Shown here piece by piece: positions 40,173-49,393 of a stretch of 64,000 bases of DNA. The stretch's first letter is position 1; the number at the start of each line of letters is the position of its first letter. Under the pieces are notes generated by a model. It saw only the letters and a list, made by a program, of their open reading frames with translations. It did not search any database and had not been told where the DNA came from. The position numbers and the translations under genes are program-made. The stretch is from Candidatus Omnitrophota bacterium (GTDB lineage: Bacteria; Omnitrophota; Gorgyraeia; Zapsychrales; JAHFFX01): the NCBI GenBank assembly GCA_023247705.1, contig JAHFFY010000007.1, positions 6,934 through 70,933 on the forward strand, given 5' to 3'.

Positions 40173-40355
40173 ATGCTCTCCTTATGAAGGATCATTCTAT
40201 CAAAGCTCATAGGTTATCAAAAGATTTTGATCTTTTGGGTGGGGAGTCCCTCGACAATTATCGGGCCAAATAGAGTCGAGGGAACCAAGAATGAGTTGCT
40301 CATGAGCAACATCAGAATCCCACCATTATATTTTTAGTTATCCTATCAAGCCCGT

Positions 40356-40691
40356 TTATCCTTTTTCCTCATTAACATCTTTAACCCTGCTGATTTCTTT
40401 TGCTATTCTTTTGTTGTCTGCTTCTTTGTATTTTATGATGATCTGGTCCCCTGCTTTTAACTGATCAAAAGACAAAATCTTTTCTTCGAATCTGGTTTGT
40501 TCATTCACTTCAAAATCTTTTGCCTGGACATTCATGCCATCTTGCGATTTATGGACAATCGTAACGACATTTTGTTGAATGCTTTTGACTCTTCCGTTGG
40601 TAATCTTTTCCATGGCTAATAAAGCGAACACCTGAGCAATCAACAGAAGAAGAATAATTCCGATAAATAACCAACCCGTCGATCTTTTCAT
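40356..40691 (-). CDS. Secreted OB-fold (DUF5666/CusF-like) protein
   Basis: Signal peptide, G.V..I, VNEQTRF, LKAGDQI.I.Y; SD GAGGAGG before the ATG at 40691. Confidence 0.55.
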   Translation of the reverse strand: MKRSTGWLFIGIILLLLIAQVFALLAMEKITNGRVKSIQQNVVTIVHKSQDGMNVQAKDFEVNEQTRFEEKILSFDQLKAGDQIIIKYKEADNKRIAKEISRVKDVNEEKG

Positions 40692-40772
40692 ACGATGCCC
40701 TCCTCTTTTAAGATATAAGGTTATTTTTAACACGGATTTGGCAAATCCAAAATCCGTTTGGATTTAAAAAAA

Positions 40773-40816
40773 ATTATAAAAATTCCAACATTAAAACAAG
40801 ATTAATACAGCGTTAA
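40773..40816 (-). promoter_or_regulatory. OmpR/PhoB-type direct repeats and -10
   Basis: ATTAA 40790, ATTAA 40801, GTTAA 40812; TATAAT (40778-40773) 11 bp downstream. Confidence 0.65.
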
Positions 40817-40979
40817 AGCACAATCTCGCTGTCAGAACACCATTCGGATCAGTCCAGCTATAATCGTAAAAGGCAAGGCGATCATATAACCAATCACCCC
40901 GAAAGTGTTACTAATAATACCGCCATGCGGTTCTGATTTTGTTTCCTTTGTCTCAACGACAGTGCTTGTTCTTCCTTTG

Positions 40980-41330
40980 TCACCTCACCACAGCGGTAAT
41001 TTTCTCTAATAAATACGCGACTCCTTTTGACTTGTCAAAATAGTCCAATGCATACGGGATGAGGTGTTTTTGCTGATCAATCGGATAGATGCTGCTGATG
41101 ATAATTCTTAGACTTGGATCATATTCCCTGATCACCTCAAACACGACTTTGCCATCGATCTGCGGCATTTTGATATCCAGCAGGACCAAATCGATGTCTT
41201 CGCGGATCAATATATTTAAGGCCTCGCTGGCGTCTTGTGCCTCTCGCACAAGCATACCTTCCTCCACAAGGGTCCGCACATAAACTCTTCGTACGCGTTC
41301 TTCATCATCAATAACAAGAATTTTTTTCAT
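40980..41330 (-). CDS. Single-domain response regulator (receiver)
   Basis: ILVIDDE, LLDIKMPQIDG, YFDKS; SD AGGAG before the ATG at 41330. Confidence 0.85.
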   Translation of the reverse strand: MKKILVIDDEERVRRVYVRTLVEEGMLVREAQDASEALNILIREDIDLVLLDIKMPQIDGKVVFEVIREYDPSLRIIISSIYPIDQQKHLIPYALDYFDKSKGVAYLLEKITAVVR

Positions 41331-41421
41331 CTCAATTCTCCTAAACCCGAACTCTGGGCGCTCCAACAGAACAGTACTGATTCATGAAACGGGAAAGGAA
41401 AAGATCAATAACTTGGAGGTT

Positions 41422-41465
41422 ATTTTAGTTTTAAGAATATTAATAGAAGATTAAAATAAAATTAG
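41422..41465 (-). promoter_or_regulatory. OmpR/PhoB-type direct repeats and -10
   Basis: ATTAA 41439, ATTAA 41450, ATTAG 41461; TAAAAT (41427-41422) 11 bp downstream. Confidence 0.65.
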
Positions 41466-41478
41466 GGTAGAAAAAAAA

Positions 41479-42945
41479 CTACGTGGCGGGTAACACAACA
41501 ATAAAGGTCGTGCCTTGATTGACTTTGCTATTGACCATAATTTCGCCCTGATGGATCTTTGCGATCCTTTGCGCAATGCTTAATCCTAAGCCGGTGCCGT
41601 CCTCTTGTTTGGTTGTACGGTAAAAGCGTTCAAAAATCTTGGAGAGATGTTCCGGCGAGATCCCGACTCCGGAATCGGCGATACTGGTCAAAACTTTTTT
41701 CTCCTCGACTTTGACATCAAGATCGATTCGACCCCCTCTAGGGGTAAACTTAACCGCGTTCTCGATAATGTTGAAAAAAAGACGCCTTAAATGCAGGGGA
41801 TCGGCTTGAATTAACAGGGATTTTCGAGGGGCCTCCAGACTGACCGTAATATTTTTGGGAACCGCGAGGATTTTGCTCTGCTCATATATTTTTCTGATGA
41901 ACGAATCAAATTCAATCGGCTCAAAATCAAAAACTTGTGGTTGATAATCCAGTTTTGCCAATAACAGCAGATCTTCAACCGTCTTGATCATGCGTTCCGA
42001 TTCTTCCAGGCTAATTTTAATGGCCCTTTGATATTCTGAACTATCTCGTTCTCTTCTTAAGGACAATTCCAACTCTCCCTTGATGATCGTCAACGGTGTT
42101 TTGAGCTCATGGGCCGCATGCACACTAAACTGCTCGATATGCCGAAATGATCGCTCCAGCCTGGAAATCATGTCATTAAACGCTTCGACCAAATTTTTCA
42201 TTTCATCATCAAAATGTTTACTCTTCACCCTTAAGCTCAAATCTTGATACGTGATATTTTGGGCCATTTTTGTGATCTCTTCGACTGGTTCTAGGATTCT
42301 TTTAGCAAATAATTGACCGACAAAACTGGTGAGAATGAGTATGAGCGGGATACTGATCGCGATCGAGTATAACCAATTCTGCATGAATTCAGTGATCGGC
42401 TCTTCAATCACTCCGATCTGGATTATATATTCCTCTCCTTCTTTATAGCGAAACGGTTCATTGATCACACGGATATTCTGGCCATGGTAGGTTATTTTCT
42501 GAAAACTCCTCCCTCCATCTTTGGACAACACTCCGTTTTTTAAAAACAACCCGACAAGATCATCCGGTAAATTCTTGGATTTGGCGATCGAAGCCCCGGA
42601 TGAGTTGATAAAATTCATGAAATCTTTATCCAGTTCCAATTCGTTAGATCGTTTCAGCCAATTCTGGGAAACTTTTTTGCTTTTAATCTTAAAAGGATTT
42701 TCGCTTTGCAAGGAAACGGTTTTTTCCGCCGCCGTTGATAAGGCCGTCGGAGTTTCTCCCAGCACATCGAGATAGGCATGGATGGTACGGTTCACCGCCA
42801 AGGCTTTAACCTGCAGTTCATGATTGATCTCTTCATAAAGCGTACTGAAAATAAGATAAAGAACAGCGCTGAAAAGGATCAGGATCATCCCGAGAATAAA
42901 ATTATAAATAACCGCTATCTCAAACTTGATAGAATTGAATTTCAT
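41479..42945 (-). CDS. HAMP sensor histidine kinase (CusS/heavy-metal-sensor-like)
   Basis: Two TM segments, HAMP, H-box AAHELKTPLT, NIIENAVKF, DSGVGI, GTGLGL. Confidence 0.92.
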   Translation of the reverse strand: MKFNSIKFEIAVIYNFILGMILILFSAVLYLIFSTLYEEINHELQVKALAVNRTIHAYLDVLGETPTALSTAAEKTVSLQSENPFKIKSKKVSQNWLKRSNELELDKDFMNFINSSGASIAKSKNLPDDLVGLFLKNGVLSKDGGRSFQKITYHGQNIRVINEPFRYKEGEEYIIQIGVIEEPITEFMQNWLYSIAISIPLILILTSFVGQLFAKRILEPVEEITKMAQNITYQDLSLRVKSKHFDDEMKNLVEAFNDMISRLERSFRHIEQFSVHAAHELKTPLTIIKGELELSLRRERDSSEYQRAIKISLEESERMIKTVEDLLLLAKLDYQPQVFDFEPIEFDSFIRKIYEQSKILAVPKNITVSLEAPRKSLLIQADPLHLRRLFFNIIENAVKFTPRGGRIDLDVKVEEKKVLTSIADSGVGISPEHLSKIFERFYRTTKQEDGTGLGLSIAQRIAKIHQGEIMVNSKVNQGTTFIVVLPAT

Positions 42946-42955
42946 ATGCGCCTGA

Positions 42956-43630
42956 TTATTTTCCCGCTTTTAGAATGTATCCTCTGCCGCGCAGGGTGTG
43001 AATCAATTTCTGTTTAAATCCATGATCGATTTTATTGCGGAGATATTTGATATAGACATCGATGATATTGCTGAAGCTGTCAAAACTTTCATGCCAGACA
43101 TGTTCGAAAATCATGGTTCTGGTGACCACCTGATTGGCATGCAGCATAAAATATTCTAAGAGAGCATATTCCTTGCTGGTCAAAATGATGGATTTGTTCG
43201 ACCGTTTAACTTCATGCGTCAGTTGATTCAACTCCAGGTCAGCAACTTTGAGAAGCGATGTCTTATCCTCTCTTTGCCGACGCAGAAGAGCTCTCACCCG
43301 CGCCAGGAATTCATCGAACGAAAACGGTTTGGTGAGATAATCGTCGGTTCCGGCGTTCAAGCCGACCACTTTATCACGGACGGTATTCTTGGCCGTCAGC
43401 ATCAGAATCGGAGTGGTATTTTTCTTCTGACGCAGCTCACGGCAAATCGTCATGCCGTCTTTCTTGGGCAACATGAGATCAAGAACGATCAAATCGTAAG
43501 GGTTGATTTCCGCGAGGTATTGCCCCTCTTCGCCGTCATAAGCGGAATCGACGACAAAATGCTCTTCTTTTAAACCGCGCTGGATGAAGCTGGCGATCTT
43601 CTGTTCATCCTCAATCAATAGAATTCGCAT
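42956..43630 (-). CDS. OmpR/CusR family DNA-binding response regulator
   Basis: LLIEDE, DLMLP, DDYLTKPF, LTSKEYALLEY, IHTLRGRGY winged helix. Confidence 0.95.
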   Translation of the reverse strand: MRILLIEDEQKIASFIQRGLKEEHFVVDSAYDGEEGQYLAEINPYDLIVLDLMLPKKDGMTICRELRQKKNTTPILMLTAKNTVRDKVVGLNAGTDDYLTKPFSFDEFLARVRALLRRQREDKTSLLKVADLELNQLTHEVKRSNKSIILTSKEYALLEYFMLHANQVVTRTMIFEHVWHESFDSFSNIIDVYIKYLRNKIDHGFKQKLIHTLRGRGYILKAGK

Positions 43631-43898
43631 ATGAAATTCTCCTTATTGTACCGGTTCACGCCAATCGCTTCAAAAAACGGAAACAAGATCAAAAATTCCA
43701 GAGAATTTGGAAGAATCAAGTAAATCCTGCCTGTGCTATCGGCAGGAACACCTCGGAAGGGTTCGAACGGACTTCCCGGTGCATTGCGCGGTTATTGTAC
43801 TTCTAAAAAAAATTTTAGGCAAGACCAATCAAAACGGGCGGGGGCTTTAAATCAACTCAAGGTCATTAGGGAAAGACAAAATTAACTTTCTCCCTAAA

Positions 43899-45046
43899 TT
43901 ATATTCCAAATTCCTTGATCATCGTACAATACATTTCCTCAGCCTCAAAATAAAGCGAATGGCTCAAGATGGAAAATTTGCTTCCCTTAATTTGTTTGGA
44001 AAAATCCATCTCAAAGTTTTTGACATCCCGATACACATCCAGATGACCGCTCACTGGATCCGGTTTGGTCCAAAAATTAATCCATTGAATATGGTCAAAG
44101 AACTGATTGATCCCATTGACTAAAGTCGACGTGTCGATGTGAAACCGTCGAAAACCATGCAACTGAGAGACGATCGCGTAACAGATATCCTCTTGAGCCT
44201 GATTAATTTTCGCATCAAAAAAAATGCGATCTTATCGAGCGAAGAACCAAAGGTCATTAATCCTTTGATCTTTTGAGCAAAGATCTGCCGGGAAGGATCG
44301 ACATTCATCTCCCGGTTGATTCTATCCAAGGTATCATAAGCGATCACCGTCCCCAATGAATGGCCGACCAGATAGACATCATCATAGGCCGCGCTTTCGA
44401 TCAGATATTTTGTTTTCTCGACCGATCCTTTCAAAATCGTTTGCCGGACTTCGTAGTATTTTGATTTCTGGTCCATACTGCAATAAAGGACGACATCACC
44501 TAAAAAATCGACCAAAGGGCCTTCCAATCTGCTCATAATGAAATGATTCACCTTGCCAATCAACGGCCATTGAGCGATCAACAGGCTTACGATATACCAC
44601 CATTGTCTCCAGCCCCCTAACAGTTTGACCAAATATTTGAAATTTCTGAATTCTCCATCGGAATCAAAAAGATCGTCATTCATCTACTTCTGGCTCATCT
44701 GTTCCTTCGTGCGATTGTAAAACCCTTTAGCGCCGCGCGCGACTTGACTAGCCCATTCCAAGACCTCGATAGCGGTGATCTGCCACTGAGGCACATGCCC
44801 CCAATAATATTCATAAAAATGAATACTGGGAACGTCTGGATGATTGGTTTCGAAAGCCACATAGCTTTCCGCCCGGCCCGAAAATTTCTGCAGCCGATGC
44901 CGTTTCTGAATGGATATCTAAGGATATCGGATTTCAAGATCCCGTACATAAATCTTGAGAAAAGAGCGGACAAAGACATCGAGTGTCTCAAAAGGATCCT
45001 GTTCGCCAATACCGTGAATAATGAGCATCGCAATCTTCTTGGGCAT
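43899..45046 (-). pseudogene. Alpha/beta hydrolase pseudogene (two in-frame TAG codons and one frameshift)
   Basis: MPKKIAMLIIHGIGEQDPFETLD start at 45046; TAG at 44918-44920 and 44684-44686; GHSLG nucleophile motif; frameshift in the T8 run at 44217-44224; ends WINFW..DPVSG...SH. Confidence 0.75.
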
Positions 45047-45184
45047 ACAAACCTCATTTCCTCACGATTTTGAGTCCAACTCGCGTTTTTTAAAGAAATT
45101 GAATCGAAGGCGACATAGGCAATTTGAATTGATCGATCGTACAGACAAAAATACATCTATCGGAATGAATTTAAAATGTCCGGT

Positions 45185-45688
45185 TCATCTCACTCTGGGA
45201 TTGATAAAAGCTTTTAAAATTTTCTGATCCTCGATGGGGCGGTCACCCGGTTCGGTAGGAGATTGCTCAATCGCAGTAACGACTTCGAATCCATGGATCA
45301 CCTCTCCGAAAATCGTGTGCTTCATATCAAGCCAAGGGGCTGGAACGGTCGTGATAAAAAACTGGCTTCCATTGGTATTAGGACCGGCGTTCGCCATAGC
45401 CAACAGTCCTTTACGATCGAATTTCACTTCCGAGGTCACTTCATCTTCGAACTTCTTGCCCCACATACTTTCTCCGCCGCGTCCGGTTGCCGTCGGGTCG
45501 CCCCCTTGAATCATAAAACTTTTGATGACCCGATGAAATATGGTTTCATTATAATATCCTTTTTGCGTCAAAGTTCTGAAATTTTCGACTGCCTTAGGGG
45601 CGATATCATCAAAAAGTTTAAATTCAATCGTTCCCCGATTTGTGACCAAATTAATCAGTGTGGAATGTTTCGTTTTTCCCTCAAGCAC
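45185..45688 (-). CDS. Cyclophilin-type peptidyl-prolyl isomerase
   Basis: [43 protein letters not shown]. Confidence 0.95.
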   Translation of the reverse strand: MLEGKTKHSTLINLVTNRGTIEFKLFDDIAPKAVENFRTLTQKGYYNETIFHRVIKSFMIQGGDPTATGRGGESMWGKKFEDEVTSEVKFDRKGLLAMANAGPNTNGSQFFITTVPAPWLDMKHTIFGEVIHGFEVVTAIEQSPTEPGDRPIEDQKILKAFINPRVR

Positions 45689-45812
45689 GTTGCCCTCCTT
45701 AGCTTTCCGTTTTGGAAAAAATTACGTTAGACAAAAATATTATATCTACTTCTTATTCAAATGACAGAAAAAAAGATTGAAAAAAAATCCTGGATCCCGC
45801 AATTCACCAAAT

Positions 45813-45851
45813 AAAAAGGACACATCTTATCTTCTAAAATATGTCCTTTTT
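45813..45851. terminator. Intrinsic terminator
   Basis: AAAAGGACA...TGTCCTTTT inverted repeat downstream of the DUF1579 gene. Confidence 0.55.
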
Positions 45852-45872
45852 ATAACTGCTTACCGATAACAA

Positions 45873-46505
45873 CTATTGGCGTTTATACGTGATTTCCATC
45901 ATTTTGAATCCTTTGCCAGATTTATCATTCGTATACATTTCATAAGTATATGTATTATCGTCGACAATTTTGATCTCGTTTCGAAAAAATATTTCCCCGT
46001 TAATCGGACAGGAAGCGGTTCCCTTTTCGGTCATCGTTTTTGTCGCGGCATCATAGGTGGCGGTGGCCGTCATCATCCCAGTCGCCATACTATCGATCCA
46101 GATTGAATTGTATTCTTTTTTGACATTGTCATAACCGATGATCCCACGGCCTTCGAACGGCTGTCCCATGGAGGTTCCTATTGCGGTTTGTTCGATAAAT
46201 CGTCCGCCTAAAATCGATTTCACTTCAGTCGACCCGGAAGAGACTTCCGGAGGAGCATCCGGTGACATCCACCATTTGACCGTATGCATCCAGCTCCCGA
46301 TGAAATATTCTAAAACTTTATGGTTTTCATTCGGGGTGCCGTATTCTTTCATTTTTGCCATCATCTCATCATCCATCCCGGCTGGAGCCTTATTGCCTTC
46401 AGCCATCATGGCTGGAGTATCTTCCGCAAAAACCGGGATAGAACAAACGCCCATTCCCACAAGACCTAATACAAAAATAAAAATCTTCAAAATCCTGCGA
46501 CTCAT
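45873..46505 (-). CDS. DUF1579 family secreted protein
   Basis: Signal peptide, TPNENH..L...IGSW, ILGGRF, FEGRGIIGYDN, WIDSM.TG, MEITYKR. Confidence 0.85.
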   Translation of the reverse strand: MSRRILKIFIFVLGLVGMGVCSIPVFAEDTPAMMAEGNKAPAGMDDEMMAKMKEYGTPNENHKVLEYFIGSWMHTVKWWMSPDAPPEVSSGSTEVKSILGGRFIEQTAIGTSMGQPFEGRGIIGYDNVKKEYNSIWIDSMATGMMTATATYDAATKTMTEKGTASCPINGEIFFRNEIKIVDDNTYTYEMYTNDKSGKGFKMMEITYKRQ

Positions 46506-46734
46506 CTTTCCCTCCTTTTAATATTTAACTATTGTTAAAATCGACCCGATTAACGCTATAAAACAAGTCTATTTCTTCACAGAACCTGTATTGTAACTGT
46601 GGAACGAAAAAAAAGCAAAAAAGAATATTTCTTTCGACAATTTTTCTTTCCCAGCGCAAAGGACTGGGCGCCAGGGGTTATCCTTGCCATTGCGTTTTCT
46701 CTATCTCCTCCCGACACCGTCCTGGAAATATATT

Positions 46735-47229
46735 CTATTCCAGAGAATCAAACACCCCCTGATGATCTTTGATCTCAACCGGCAGATGTTCTTTGAGTTT
46801 GCGGCGGATCATCTTGTTCAACGCTGAATCGTCGCCTTGTTTCAACTGTAATCCGCCCAATTGAAGATAAGCCATATTTAAAGTAATCATGCTGTGCAGC
46901 CATTCTTTTTTCTTCTGGCCGACGACGTTTTGTTCATCAACGATTTCGGCATACGTTTTGGCAACGGCTTCCAGGAGCTGAAGATTTTCGCGCGGGTAAG
47001 GTGTTCGTTCGATCTCGGTGAGCGTTTCCTCAAAAGATTTCGTATCGACTTCGCTCAACAGGCGTTTGCAGACTTTCAGGCGATCAATCTCCCCCTGGGT
47101 CAGACGATTGATTCGTTGAACCTGTGCGGATACTCGCTTAACAGGCTGATCCTGAGGCGCAGCCTGGATCGGAACAATAAGCAAAATCAACGAAACAACG
47201 ATCACAGGCCATATCAAGGCTTGAGGCAT
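46735..47229 (-). CDS. Secreted hypothetical protein
   Basis: Signal peptide (IQA|A), helical domain; follows 47262..48491 on the same strand. Confidence 0.7.
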   Translation of the reverse strand: MPQALIWPVIVVSLILLIVPIQAAPQDQPVKRVSAQVQRINRLTQGEIDRLKVCKRLLSEVDTKSFEETLTEIERTPYPRENLQLLEAVAKTYAEIVDEQNVVGQKKKEWLHSMITLNMAYLQLGGLQLKQGDDSALNKMIRRKLKEHLPVEIKDHQGVFDSLE

Positions 47230-47261
47230 ATTTCTTGAAAAGGAAGACTGAACGTGTTTTC

Positions 47262-48491
47262 TTAATCTATTTTAGGGATCAACGAATAATTCATCTTCTT
47301 TTTATCGAACTCTTTATCACGAAAATACATATACATCATCGCCATCGCATCAATATCATTTTTCGTTGGATTATTGTATTCCGTCACGATTTCATATTGA
47401 TGATCTTTGTATACGGGAATGCCCTGCTCACTGGAATAGTGATCCAAAGATTCAAGACCTAAATTATTCTTAAAATTTTGGGATTTTCCTTTAAATAAAG
47501 ATTTATTCTCGGTCAGATCGCGCAGCTCAATATAAGTTGCATAGACGTGAACGTGCGGGACGATCACGTGCAAGGTCGTATCCCAAGGGATACGCAATCC
47601 ATAATCTAAAGTATATCGATAGACATGCCGTCCCGGAGGAACAAACCAGTGATAAGAAAAAATTTCACCGTCCTTATGCTTAATCAAATTCGCATCGGAC
47701 GCGGATTGAAACAACTCCCCATCATCCTCATTCTTCATTTCCGTCGCACAGCCCGCATGATCAGAGTCTGCGCCGGCGGTCTTGCCTGTCTTGTTCTTTT
47801 TGATCGGGACCTGGAGGGCGCTCCCTTTTCTCAGGAGAGGAATCATGTCCTCATCAAAATCCCGGTCATAAACATACTTTGCAATCATCTTGACCATAAC
47901 ACCTATAGGCTTATCCCTCTGCTCCCAGTTCATAACCATGGAGGAAAGTTTGAACGGTTCATTGGACAGCAACGGGACACCGAAATGTTTCGGAAAATCA
48001 ATTTTGTTATGCCCCTGAACCATATCAATAAATTTATAATCAAGCACGTGCTTGGGAGATAACCCGAAAACCTCTCGTCTCGTTTTGCTATTCAATTTTG
48101 TAGAATCAAAGCTCACATTGGTATGGCAAAGGAATGAGGGGGCTTGAGACGTTTTGCCGTCTTCTCCCACAATATCCACCTCCATCCCGACAAGCCAGAT
48201 CAGTTCGGAGGTATCGGACTCGACAAAGCGAAAATTCTGGTTATCAGTCGGTCCTTCCATCGATTTATAAATCCGATCAAGCGTAAGAACCTTAGACAAA
48301 TGTTCCACTTCATGAATGACCAGCTGTTTCTCAGCCGTTGCTTTTATGTTCGCCTCCGCACAGGCCTTTTGAATTGCAAAAGCGTTAAAAACAATGAATA
48401 AACTAAGACCTAAGACGGAATATTTCAAATTTTTTAATATTTTATCTAATGTTGGGCTCAAACAAATTTTCATGAGAATAAATTCCGGCAT
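47262..48491 (-). CDS. Secreted protein resembling copper type II ascorbate-dependent monooxygenase (PHM-like)
   Basis: LCHTN, PHVHVYA (HxH) and YNNP...DAMAMM (Met ligand) in the order of the PHM CuM site. Confidence 0.5.
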   Translation of the reverse strand: MPEFILMKICLSPTLDKILKNLKYSVLGLSLFIVFNAFAIQKACAEANIKATAEKQLVIHEVEHLSKVLTLDRIYKSMEGPTDNQNFRFVESDTSELIWLVGMEVDIVGEDGKTSQAPSFLCHTNVSFDSTKLNSKTRREVFGLSPKHVLDYKFIDMVQGHNKIDFPKHFGVPLLSNEPFKLSSMVMNWEQRDKPIGVMVKMIAKYVYDRDFDEDMIPLLRKGSALQVPIKKNKTGKTAGADSDHAGCATEMKNEDDGELFQSASDANLIKHKDGEIFSYHWFVPPGRHVYRYTLDYGLRIPWDTTLHVIVPHVHVYATYIELRDLTENKSLFKGKSQNFKNNLGLESLDHYSSEQGIPVYKDHQYEIVTEYNNPTKNDIDAMAMMYMYFRDKEFDKKKMNYSLIPKID

Positions 48492-48500
48492 AACCTGAAC

Positions 48501-49139
48501 CTATTGCCCCGATGGTTCATTCGGAATCAAGTGAACACAATCAAAATAAACCGTTCCCTGGCCGGGTTGTTTCGGTTCGAACTGGAAACTTTTGATGGGG
48601 AAGTCTAATTTAAGATTTCCATCGGCGTTGGCAGGCTGCCAGTCATCGCGCGCTGTCAATTTGGAAAACGGGATCTCGATCGTAACCCATCCTTCTTGCG
48701 TATTATTATCGATCATAAACCGCCACATTTCTCCGCCTGAATCCTTCACATCGAAAGCGACCGGCCCAAGATCCTTGCCATTCATCGCAACGCTAATGCC
48801 CTGGTATTGAGACCATTCGATTTTTTGCGGTTCATCCGCTTCCCAGTGGGCGCCGGCGACATCCAGACCATAGCCCCGGGCGCAGAACATATAACTCGAT
48901 GGCTGTAAATCATAAGTCAATTTTAAAGACTGTTCCCCGCATTGTTTCATATCTTTGGCGGAAGTCACCTGAACCGACGACCCGCTCCCCGCCCCGAAGT
49001 CCACCGTTTTATCGCCGATCTCTCCTTCAAAACTGTCCAGCGAAAGTTCGTCGCAGAAAGCAAGACGCCCCAAAGTAAAAAAACTGACCAACAAAAAAAC
49101 GAAAGCAACAAACTGATTCACCCGTTGTAACATTTTCAA
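48501..49139 (-). CDS. Secreted CBM11-like carbohydrate-binding protein
   Basis: Signal peptide, LDSFEG, W..YQGIS, D.GGEMW, W.TIEIPFSKL..R.DWQP, GTVYFD. Confidence 0.7.
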   Translation of the reverse strand: MKMLQRVNQFVAFVFLLVSFFTLGRLAFCDELSLDSFEGEIGDKTVDFGAGSGSSVQVTSAKDMKQCGEQSLKLTYDLQPSSYMFCARGYGLDVAGAHWEADEPQKIEWSQYQGISVAMNGKDLGPVAFDVKDSGGEMWRFMIDNNTQEGWVTIEIPFSKLTARDDWQPANADGNLKLDFPIKSFQFEPKQPGQGTVYFDCVHLIPNEPSGQ

Positions 49140-49393
49140 AGTGATCCCTCCTGTTCCATTTGTTTGATCTCTCTAAGACAAGATTTCACTTGTCTCATGT
49201 TCGGCTTAATTGAAATACAATCCATGCCCAAAATTCTTTTTGTGAGGTAAAGGCACTATACAATAATCAAAAACGGAGGACAAGTAAAAAAATGCTGTCG
49301 AAATAAGGCGCCGCCCAGAACCGGAAGAAAAAAATTCCGGCCTGCCATGAAGAATAAACCTCTGGGAACTCAAATGAACTGATTAAATTGATA

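Noticed and set aside
44695-45156. 153-aa ORF from the track
   Set aside because: Shadow frame of the hydrolase pseudogene whose true frame starts at 45046
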